This document shows positions 16,407-24,647 of a stretch of 64,000 bases of DNA, piece after piece. The notes beneath the pieces were generated by a model that ran no database searches, was not told where the DNA came from, and saw only the letters and a list, made by a program, of their open reading frames with translations. Source of the DNA: an uncultured Verrucomicrobiota bacterium (GTDB taxonomy: Bacteria; Verrucomicrobiota; Kiritimatiellia; PWTM01); NCBI GenBank assembly GCA_964402695.1, contig CAYODK010000004.1:7676-71675 (forward strand), in the 5' to 3' direction. The translations under genes and the position numbers were made by a program. The first letter of the stretch is position 1; the number at the start of each line of letters is the position of its first letter.

Positions 16407-17870
16407 ATGAAGATCTGGATGGCGATGGCGGTGGCCGCCGGGCTGGCCTGCGCGGCGGGCGCGCAGGTGATTGACGACTCCGACACGCGGGTGCAGACCA
16501 CGCTTGACCCGGGGCTCAAGCGGATCGGGACGCTGCGGCCGAAGGGCGTGCACGAGATCGGCACGTCGCGCTGGACGCTCGGCTGCGAGACAATGGACCG
16601 CGAATACACCGACTACGACGCCTTCAAGGAGTACCTGCCCGCGCTCGGGATCAAGCGGATCCGCCTTCAGGGGGGGTGGGCGCGCACCGAAAAGGACCCC
16701 GGCATCTACGACTTCGCGTGGCTCGACCACATCATCGACGACGCGCGCTCGCGCGGCCTCGAGATCTGGCTGGAGACCAGCTACGGCAACCCGGCCTATC
16801 CGGGCGGCGGCGGGCGGACGCTCTCCGGCGGCTTCCCGACCTCGGCGGAGGGGCTCGCGGCGTGGGACAAGTGGGTCGAGCTGATGGCGACGCGCTACAA
16901 GGGGAAGGTCCGCGACTGGTCCGTCTGGAACGAGCCGGAGTTGCGCAACGCCAACAAGCCGGAGCTGATCTTCGACTTCAACATCCGCACCGCCGAGATC
17001 ATCCGGCGGATCATCCCCGACGCCCGCATCGCGTCGCTCTCCATCTGCGCGCCGAAGAAGGAGATCATCGAGCCGTTCGTCCGGACGCTCGTCGAGCGGA
17101 ACAAGCAGGACCTCTTCACGTGGATCGTCTACCATCATTACGTGAAGAACCCGGACGAGAAGTACGAGGCGGTCGTCGAGGCGCGGGAGTTCGTGCGGAA
17201 GCACATCCCGAACCTGAAGCTGTGGCAGGGCGAGAGCGGCACGCAGTCGGAATGGTGCGGCGCCGGGGCGCTGAGCAAGTACCCGTGGACGGAGCTGACG
17301 CAGGCCAAGTGGAACACCCGCCGCATGCTGGGCGACATCGGCCACGGATCGGACTCGTCGGTCTTCTCCGCCGCCGACCTCGACTACCGCACGACCTCCT
17401 TCCACAATGGCCTCGTCCGCTACGGCCTCATCAAGACCGCCGGCGCGGCGCACGGCTACCGCGTGCTCAAGGTCAAGACGGCCTACTACGCGGTGCAGAA
17501 CGTCGTGTCGGTCTTCAACGACTCGCTCGAGTGGATCCCGGACTTCGCGTGCGACGTGAAGTGCGCGAAGCCGCTGGCGGTCTTCGGCCACCGCGACGTC
17601 GCCAGCGGCCGCCCGGTGGTCGTGTTCTGGGACAAGAGCGGCGTGCCGTCGAACTCGAACGAGACGACGGCTGCGACGCTGACGGTGGCGAAGGGGACGT
17701 TCGCCGAGCCGGTGTGGGTCGACGTGATCACCGGAGGCGTGCACGAGATCCCGGCCGACCGGATCGAGCGCGACGGCGGCGGGGTGGTCTTCAGGGACAT
17801 CCCGGTCTACGATGCGCCGGCGTTCATCGCGGACAAGGCCCTGCTCTCGATCCTGCCGGCGAACCACTGA
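16407..17870 (+). CDS. Secreted clan GH-A glycoside hydrolase (GH39-like)
   Basis: Signal peptide; RIRLQGGW, YDFAWLD, WNEPE (acid/base) and LWQGESG (nucleophile). Confidence 0.75.
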   Translation: MKIWMAMAVAAGLACAAGAQVIDDSDTRVQTTLDPGLKRIGTLRPKGVHEIGTSRWTLGCETMDREYTDYDAFKEYLPALGIKRIRLQGGWARTEKDPGIYDFAWLDHIIDDARSRGLEIWLETSYGNPAYPGGGGRTLSGGFPTSAEGLAAWDKWVELMATRYKGKVRDWSVWNEPELRNANKPELIFDFNIRTAEIIRRIIPDARIASLSICAPKKEIIEPFVRTLVERNKQDLFTWIVYHHYVKNPDEKYEAVVEAREFVRKHIPNLKLWQGESGTQSEWCGAGALSKYPWTELTQAKWNTRRMLGDIGHGSDSSVFSAADLDYRTTSFHNGLVRYGLIKTAGAAHGYRVLKVKTAYYAVQNVVSVFNDSLEWIPDFACDVKCAKPLAVFGHRDVASGRPVVVFWDKSGVPSNSNETTAATLTVAKGTFAEPVWVDVITGGVHEIPADRIERDGGGVVFRDIPVYDAPAFIADKALLSILPANH

Positions 17871-17881
17871 CGGAGAGAATC

Positions 17882-19744
17882 ATGATGAAGCGGATGACCG
17901 GGTTCCTTGCGCTCTGTATCGCGGCGTCCGCGGCCGCGGCGGACTTCTACGAGATCCGCGGCGGGATCCCGAACAGCCTGCACTTCCTCAGGAACGACCG
18001 GGTGGGGAACCAGTACCTGTTCTTCATCGGCAACTCGGTGCTGGCGGGGACGGGACTCAAGGACGCGAACCTCCGCTACTCGGCGCAGATGGTGAAGGCG
18101 CTGAAGAAGCACTTCCCGAACGCGGGGATGAACGAGACGCGCCACATGCAGCCGGGCGGGAGCTGGTTCGGGCTCTACCGCTGCAGCCGCGGGCAGGCGG
18201 TCTTCGGCGAGGTGATCTGCAGCGGTCACCTGGCGATCCTCGACTTCGCGGCGGACGACCGGAATGTGCCCGTCGACGAGGCGAAGCTGTCGATCGAGGG
18301 CCTTGTGCGACAGGTCACACTCTACCGCGCGACGCACAGCCGGATCCTCGTCTATACGCTGACGCCGGAGATGCTCGCCGACTACAAGGCCGGCCGGACG
18401 CCGGAGTACATCCGCGTCAGCGAGCAGATCGCCGACCACTACGGCATCCCCAGCCTCAATCTCGCGAGGGCCGCCGCGCGGAGGATCCTCGCCGGCGAGA
18501 TCACCGTCGAGGCGTTCTCGGCCGACGGCGTGAACCCGACCGACGCGGGCGCGAAAATCTACGCCGACGCCGTCGCGGAGTTCATCGACGCGCTGGTGGC
18601 GGCCACGCCGGTTCCCGACAAGCCAGCGCAGGTGAAGCTGCCCCCGCCGCTCTTCCCGGCGACGGACGACAACGGCCGGATCGTCGCCTACGAGGATCCG
18701 CAGGTGAAGTGCGCGGGCGGATGGAAGCCCGGGCGGGCCAGCCCGATCGGCCCCTTCCGCCACGTCCTCGTCGCCGACGGCCCCGGCGCCTCGCTGTCGC
18801 TGAAGTTCAAGGGGTCCGAGATCGGGATCCTCGATGTGGCGGACAAGGGCGGCGCGGACTACGAATACGCCGTCGACGGCGCGCCGTTCCGCCGCCTCGC
18901 GTCGCCCGCGGACGCGACCGGGCCCGTCCTGCGGGCCGTTTCGCTCGCGAAGGGCCTCGACCGCGCCGCGGACCACGAACTCGTGCTCCGGACGGCCTCC
19001 GCCGGCGCCGCGCGGATGGGCGGCCTCCTCCTCAACGGCACGATCGCCGATGCGCACGCAGGCATGGATACGCTTCAGAAGATCGATGCGATCTACGCGG
19101 CGATGGATCCGATCCGCTACACGCCGCCCGCCGGCCGCTTCGCGAACATCCCGAAGACGATGGAGACGCTGCGCAACGGCGGCGAGCTGCGGATGGTGCT
19201 TCTCGGCGACAGCATCATGGGCAACACATCCGGCTCCTCGTTCGAGCTGCTGCTGATGCGCGACTACCCGAAGTGCAAGGTCGTGAAGATCGCGTCGTTG
19301 CGAAGCTCGACCGGATGCAAGTACTACCGCGAGGAGAACCGCGTCGATGACTACGTGCTCCGGCACAACCCCGACCTGCTCGTGATCGGTGGCATCTCGA
19401 ACGGCGGCGACGCGGAGGCCGTGCGGTCGGTCGTGCGTCAGGTCCGCGTGAAGAAGCCGGACACCGAGGTGCTGCTGCTGACGCCGGTCTTCGGGGCGAT
19501 GCGGGACGAACACATCAAGACCTGGACGCGCGAGATCGACACGACGAAGAGCAACTTCCGCTGGAACATGCAGAAGGTCGCGGCGGAGGAGGGATGTGCC
19601 TTCTTCGACATGACGGGGCCGTGGTGGGATTACATCCAGTCGACCGGGATGACCCCCGGCTGGTTCATGGGCGACGCGGTCCATGCCAACGCCCGCGGCT
19701 GCCAGATCATCGGCCGCCTGCTGCAGATGTGGTTCGCGATGTGA
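17882..19744 (+). CDS. Secreted tandem SGNH/GDSL hydrolase (two SGNH domains around a beta-sandwich)
   Basis: Domain 1 has FIGNS...DGVNP; domain 2 has LGDSI...DAVHAN. Confidence 0.8.
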   Translation: MMKRMTGFLALCIAASAAAADFYEIRGGIPNSLHFLRNDRVGNQYLFFIGNSVLAGTGLKDANLRYSAQMVKALKKHFPNAGMNETRHMQPGGSWFGLYRCSRGQAVFGEVICSGHLAILDFAADDRNVPVDEAKLSIEGLVRQVTLYRATHSRILVYTLTPEMLADYKAGRTPEYIRVSEQIADHYGIPSLNLARAAARRILAGEITVEAFSADGVNPTDAGAKIYADAVAEFIDALVAATPVPDKPAQVKLPPPLFPATDDNGRIVAYEDPQVKCAGGWKPGRASPIGPFRHVLVADGPGASLSLKFKGSEIGILDVADKGGADYEYAVDGAPFRRLASPADATGPVLRAVSLAKGLDRAADHELVLRTASAGAARMGGLLLNGTIADAHAGMDTLQKIDAIYAAMDPIRYTPPAGRFANIPKTMETLRNGGELRMVLLGDSIMGNTSGSSFELLLMRDYPKCKVVKIASLRSSTGCKYYREENRVDDYVLRHNPDLLVIGGISNGGDAEAVRSVVRQVRVKKPDTEVLLLTPVFGAMRDEHIKTWTREIDTTKSNFRWNMQKVAAEEGCAFFDMTGPWWDYIQSTGMTPGWFMGDAVHANARGCQIIGRLLQMWFAM

Positions 19745-19770
19745 GCTGACCGCATGGGGAGAACAAAGGG

Positions 19771-21162
19771 ATGAAAACGATCGTCATCGCGCTGTCCGCG
19801 TTTGCGACGGCCGCCGCGTTCGTTCCGCCGCCGGCGCCGGCGGCGGATGAGGTGCCGCTGAACCGGCAGACGGCGCGGCCGTCGCCGGAGTGGATCACGC
19901 ACGGCGTGATCTACCAGATCCACCCGCGCGCGTTCACGCCGGAGGGAACCCTCAAGGCCGCGCAGGCCCGGTTGCCCAGGCTGGCCGAACTGGGCGTGAC
20001 GGTCCTGTACCTCTGCCCGGTCTTCGTCGCGGACGACGACATGGACCCGGCGGGCTGGAGCCCCCGCCAGAAGAAATCCGGCATGAACAACCCGCGGAAT
20101 CCCTACCGGATGAAGGACTACTTCCACGTCGATCCCGAGTACGGGACCGACGACGACCTGCGGGCGTTCGTGAAGCAGGCACACACCCTCGGGATGCGAG
20201 TGCTGCTCGACATGGTCTTCCTGCACTGCGGGCCCAACGCGGTGTTCCTCAAGGACCACCCGGACTACGTGAAGCGCGACAAGGAGGGGAAGATCGTCCT
20301 GCAGAGTTGGAACTTCCCCGCCCTCGACCTGGGCAACCCCGGGCTCAGGGAGTACCTGTGGAAGAACATGGAAACCTGGGTCCGCGACTTCGACGTCGAC
20401 GGGTTCCGCTGCGACGTCGCCGACGGCGTCCCTCTGGATTTCTGGGAGACGGCGCGCGAACGCCTCGAGAAGCTCCGCCCCGATGTCGGCATGCTGGCCG
20501 AGGGGACGAAGAAGGAGAACCAGCTCAAGGCGTTCGACCTGAGTTACGGATGGGGCGACGCGTACAAGACGTGGGACAATGCGGCGGCGATCCGGAAGCT
20601 CTGGGAGACCCAGCGCGCGGAACGGCCCCGGGGCGGCGCGAAGTTCGTCCGGTTCTTCGACAACCACGACATCGCGAACGACTGCTACGACAACCGAATC
20701 GAGAAACAATGGGGCCCCGCGCGGGTCCAGGCCGCCCTGGTCGCGCTGTTCACGCTCGACGGCGTGCCGTTCCTCTACAACGGGCAGGAGGTCGCCGATA
20801 CCGCGCGGCACAGCATCTACGCGCGGCTTCCGATCGACTGGGCGAACGGCGGGACCGAGGCGGGCCGGGCCCGGTTCGCCTTCTGCCAGAGTCTGTGCGG
20901 GCTGCGGCGTTCGGAGGCGGCACTGAAGGCGGGCGAGGTCGTCTGGCTGGACAACGACGCCCCGGCCGCGGTCCTGTCGTTCCAGCGCGTGTCCGGTTCG
21001 GAGAAGATCCTGTCCGTGGTGAACCTGTCGGACGCGCCGGTGACCGTCCGGCTGTCGGGGCTGGCGGAGGCGTTTCGTCCGCTGCTGGCCGCGGACGCGA
21101 AGACCGATGCCCCCGGCTCGTTCACCCTGGGAGCGCACGGCTACTTCGTGGGAAGGAAGTGA
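19771..21162 (+). CDS. Alpha-amylase family (GH13) glycosidase, secreted
   Basis: LDMVFLH, GFRCDVAD, MLAEG and FFDNHD catalytic regions; GVPFLYNGQE. Confidence 0.92.
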   Translation: MKTIVIALSAFATAAAFVPPPAPAADEVPLNRQTARPSPEWITHGVIYQIHPRAFTPEGTLKAAQARLPRLAELGVTVLYLCPVFVADDDMDPAGWSPRQKKSGMNNPRNPYRMKDYFHVDPEYGTDDDLRAFVKQAHTLGMRVLLDMVFLHCGPNAVFLKDHPDYVKRDKEGKIVLQSWNFPALDLGNPGLREYLWKNMETWVRDFDVDGFRCDVADGVPLDFWETARERLEKLRPDVGMLAEGTKKENQLKAFDLSYGWGDAYKTWDNAAAIRKLWETQRAERPRGGAKFVRFFDNHDIANDCYDNRIEKQWGPARVQAALVALFTLDGVPFLYNGQEVADTARHSIYARLPIDWANGGTEAGRARFAFCQSLCGLRRSEAALKAGEVVWLDNDAPAAVLSFQRVSGSEKILSVVNLSDAPVTVRLSGLAEAFRPLLAADAKTDAPGSFTLGAHGYFVGRK

Positions 21163-22742
21163 TCGCAGTCGTCGCCATCGGCCGACGTCCTCCCGCCGCC
21201 CTCCTGGCTGCGGGTCTGCTGGCTGTTGCAGGTGGCGGGCCGGTCGGGGCGGCGAGGGACGTCGTGCGCGTGGTTCCGGAGATCATCCTGCCGGACGAGG
21301 GCGCCATCCAGAATGCAGGCGCCGGAACCGAGATCTGGAACGGCGGCCCGGGCAACGGCGTCACGAATCTCGTCAGGTACGCGGTTCGCGTGAGCGACCA
21401 CGCGGTCAACTCGATGATCCGCGTGAGTTGGGCGGACTACGAGAAGGGCGAGGGGGACTACTGCTTCCACGAGATGGACCGGCACTTCGAGCACTGCATC
21501 CGGTATGGCCAGAAGCTCGACATCGGCTGCTTCGTGACCAGCAACGGAGGCACGAAGCAGACGATCGACGGTGCCTTCTGCTGCTATCCGGCCTACGTGC
21601 ACGAGGCCATGCAGCGGAGCGATCACAAGGACGTTGTGAACACGCTCTGGCTGAACAAGCAGAACCACTGGGAGCCGAACTTCGAAAACCGCTTCTTCTT
21701 CGAACGGTATGACGCCCTTCTCCGGGCCTTCGCCGACTACCTGCGGCGCCCGATCTCGGTCGACGGCCGGTCGGTGGTCCGAAGCAAGCTCGTACGCTGC
21801 ATCGAACTGCGGCATTTCGGTTTCTGGGGCGAAGGCGCCTATCCGAAGAACCTGATGCCATCGACCTCCGCCCCACTCATCCGCTTCGCCGATGCGTTTG
21901 TCCGCCATTTCCCCGGCATCCGGCTGGTGATGCCGACCAACGGCATGCGCTTCTCCCCGGCCTATGACGCGCTTCGCGACTATCACTTTCACCTGTTGAC
22001 CTTGCGAAACCATGCGGGGCTTCTCGGCACGTTCCGGGACAACTGGGGCGACAACGAGGAGCGGTATCGGACGCTGTACTACGCCTCGAACCGGTACGAG
22101 CGGGCCGGCGTCAGAATGTTCGAGCTGATCCGCGACCGGTGGAAGACCGCGCCGCTGGTGGGCGAGCCGGGGCGGTGGGGCCCCACCCCCGACGGCTTCC
22201 ACCCGTATTGGAATCTCCACGAGCAGGTCGCCTACCTGCATCCGGCGGTGATCCGGAACTGCAACGTCAGCACGGGCCGGAGCGTCACGAATCCGACCGA
22301 CTACTCGATCCTGGATGATCCGAAGGCCCTCGATGCATTTCAGCGCATGTACGCGATCATCGGCTTCCGGTATCTCTTCACGTCCGCCAGGGCCTCCCGT
22401 GACGGGGACGGGTTGGCGATCGCGGTCGACTGGCTGAACATCGGTCTGACGCCTACGTACGACGCATGGAAGGTCCGGTTCCTCGTGGAAGATGCCGAAG
22501 GGCGCGAGACGTGGAGCGGGGTCTCGGCGTTGGACCTGCGGTCGCTGCTCCCCGCCGATGGCATTCCGGCAGGCGTGGTCGACGCAGGCAGGGCGAGGAC
22601 GGTCACGGATCGTTTCCCGGATGTCCCGCCGTCGGGACGGCTTCATCTCCAGATCCTCGACCCCGACGGCCTGTCGCCGCCCATGGCGTTGAGCATCCGG
22701 GGCAGGACCGAAACGGGAGCCTATCCACTGGGAGACCTGTGA
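21159..22742 (+). CDS. DUF4832-domain protein (putative GH-like TIM barrel plus C-terminal beta domain)
   Basis: GTG start overlaps the previous stop; FGFWGE, APLVGEP, IIGFRY and WLNIGLTPTYDAW motifs. Confidence 0.65.
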   Translation: MIAVVAIGRRPPAALLAAGLLAVAGGGPVGAARDVVRVVPEIILPDEGAIQNAGAGTEIWNGGPGNGVTNLVRYAVRVSDHAVNSMIRVSWADYEKGEGDYCFHEMDRHFEHCIRYGQKLDIGCFVTSNGGTKQTIDGAFCCYPAYVHEAMQRSDHKDVVNTLWLNKQNHWEPNFENRFFFERYDALLRAFADYLRRPISVDGRSVVRSKLVRCIELRHFGFWGEGAYPKNLMPSTSAPLIRFADAFVRHFPGIRLVMPTNGMRFSPAYDALRDYHFHLLTLRNHAGLLGTFRDNWGDNEERYRTLYYASNRYERAGVRMFELIRDRWKTAPLVGEPGRWGPTPDGFHPYWNLHEQVAYLHPAVIRNCNVSTGRSVTNPTDYSILDDPKALDAFQRMYAIIGFRYLFTSARASRDGDGLAIAVDWLNIGLTPTYDAWKVRFLVEDAEGRETWSGVSALDLRSLLPADGIPAGVVDAGRARTVTDRFPDVPPSGRLHLQILDPDGLSPPMALSIRGRTETGAYPLGDL

Positions 22743-24637
22743 TGACACGGACGACACTCCACCCGAGCCCGGGGACGTTGATGACGAAGTGGACCGGCCT
22801 CCTGGCGGTCTTCGCGGCGGCGACCACGGTCGGCGCCGCGCGCACCACGCCCGCGACGTTCCACGTGGACAGCGAGCGGGGCGACGACGCCGCGGCGGGC
22901 ACCGCCGAGGCAACCGCGTGGAACAGCCTCGAGAAGGTCAACGCCGCGGAACTGATCCCCGGCGACCGGGTGCTCTTCAAGCGCGGCCGCCTGTGGCGCG
23001 GCCAGTTGGTGCCCCAGAGCGGCACGAACGGCGCGCCGATCGTGTACGGTGCGTACGGCGCCGGCGCGAAGCCGGTCCTGCAGGGCTCCATCTCGCGAAG
23101 CGCCCCCGCGGACTGGGCCGAGACCGCGCCCGGCATCTGGGCCACGCGCAAGTCTGAACCACGGGTCCTGCAGCAGGTCGCGGATCTCGCCGGCTCGTCG
23201 TGGAGCATCCACCAGGAGGGCGGCGCGAAGGCGAAGCTGACGCGCGAGCGGGAGGACGGCCGCGGCTTCGTCCGTATCGCCTGCACGGCCGCGGGCAAGG
23301 CCAGCAACCACATCCAGCTCTGGGGTCCCGCGCTGACCAACGCGCCCGCGACGCTCGTGGTCCGCCTGCGCGTCCGCTCGACGGTCCCGTTCCCCCTCGG
23401 CCGGGTTGCGGCCATACTCAACCGTCCGCCCTACAGCACCGCCTACGCCGGCGCCGGCGGGAAGAAGGAGATCGGCACGGCCTGGCAGACGGTCGAAATC
23501 CCGCTGGTCGAAGCCGCGAAGCCGGGGGCGCCCCCGCACCTGCACATCAATCTCGGCGACACCCTGCCCGCCGGCGCGGTCTTCGACCTCGAGCCCGTCG
23601 GCCTCTGGGGGGCGCATATCGACACCGAGGTCGCCCTGCCGCGCGACGTCGGCATCGTGATCCTCGACCACGGCGCGAAGTGGGGCGTGAAGAAATGGAC
23701 GCTCTCGGACGTGAAGGCGCCTCTCGACTACTGGTACGACGAGGACGGCAAGCGCGTCTTCCTGGCCTGCGACGGCAATCCCGCGGCGAGGTTCACGAGC
23801 GTCGAGCTGGCCCTCACGCGGCACATCGTCAGCCAGGGCGGCTGCCACGACGTCGTCTACGACGGCCTCGCCGTGCGATACGGCGCCGCCCACGGGTTCG
23901 GGGGCGGGAGCACGGCGCGCATCGTCATCCGCAACTGCGACGTCTACTGGATCGGCGGAGGCCTGCAATACTGGAAGAAGCGCCCCGACGGCACCGCCTA
24001 TCCCGTGCGCTTCGGGAACGGCATCGAGTTCTGGGGCGACTGCGACAACAACCTCGTCGAGCGCAACCGCCTCTGGCAGATCTACGATGCGGCGCTCACG
24101 AACCAGGGGCGCGACGATGAAGAGACGAACATCATCTACCGCGACAACGTGATCTGGCAGGCCGAGTACAGTTTCGAGTACTGGAATGCGAAGCGCACTG
24201 CGAACATCGTCTTCGAGCACAACACCTGTGTCGACGCGGGCTTCTGCTGGTCGCACGACCAGCGCCCGAACCCCAATGGCGCGCACCTGATGTTCTACCG
24301 GAACCCCGCCGCCACCACGAACTTCGTGATCCGCAACAACATCTTCGCGAGGTCCACCGAGGTCTGCACGCGGATGGAGAACGACTGGCGCGCCGGGCTG
24401 ACGATGCGGAACAACCTCTACCACCAGCCGGAGAAGCCGTTCCTGCGCTGGCTGGGCACGAACCATGTCGCCACCGGCGACTTCGCGCGCTACCAGAAGG
24501 ACCTCGGGCTCGACCAGGGCTCGCTCGTCGCCGAACCGCAGTTCGTCGACCCGGCGGCCCGCGACTACCGGCTCAAGCCCGGTAGCCCCGGCACCTCGCT
24601 CGCCACCGACGGCGGCCCGGTCGGGGCGCGCTGGTGA
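22742..24637 (+). CDS. Right-handed parallel beta-helix protein with an inserted CBM4/9-like module
   Basis: FHVDSERGDD...AWNSLEKVN...PGDRVLFKRG, GNGIEFWG and NNLVERN motifs; start is 22742 or 22781. Confidence 0.8.
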   Translation: MTRTTLHPSPGTLMTKWTGLLAVFAAATTVGAARTTPATFHVDSERGDDAAAGTAEATAWNSLEKVNAAELIPGDRVLFKRGRLWRGQLVPQSGTNGAPIVYGAYGAGAKPVLQGSISRSAPADWAETAPGIWATRKSEPRVLQQVADLAGSSWSIHQEGGAKAKLTREREDGRGFVRIACTAAGKASNHIQLWGPALTNAPATLVVRLRVRSTVPFPLGRVAAILNRPPYSTAYAGAGGKKEIGTAWQTVEIPLVEAAKPGAPPHLHINLGDTLPAGAVFDLEPVGLWGAHIDTEVALPRDVGIVILDHGAKWGVKKWTLSDVKAPLDYWYDEDGKRVFLACDGNPAARFTSVELALTRHIVSQGGCHDVVYDGLAVRYGAAHGFGGGSTARIVIRNCDVYWIGGGLQYWKKRPDGTAYPVRFGNGIEFWGDCDNNLVERNRLWQIYDAALTNQGRDDEETNIIYRDNVIWQAEYSFEYWNAKRTANIVFEHNTCVDAGFCWSHDQRPNPNGAHLMFYRNPAATTNFVIRNNIFARSTEVCTRMENDWRAGLTMRNNLYHQPEKPFLRWLGTNHVATGDFARYQKDLGLDQGSLVAEPQFVDPAARDYRLKPGSPGTSLATDGGPVGARW

Positions 24638-24647
24638 AGGGAAGGAC

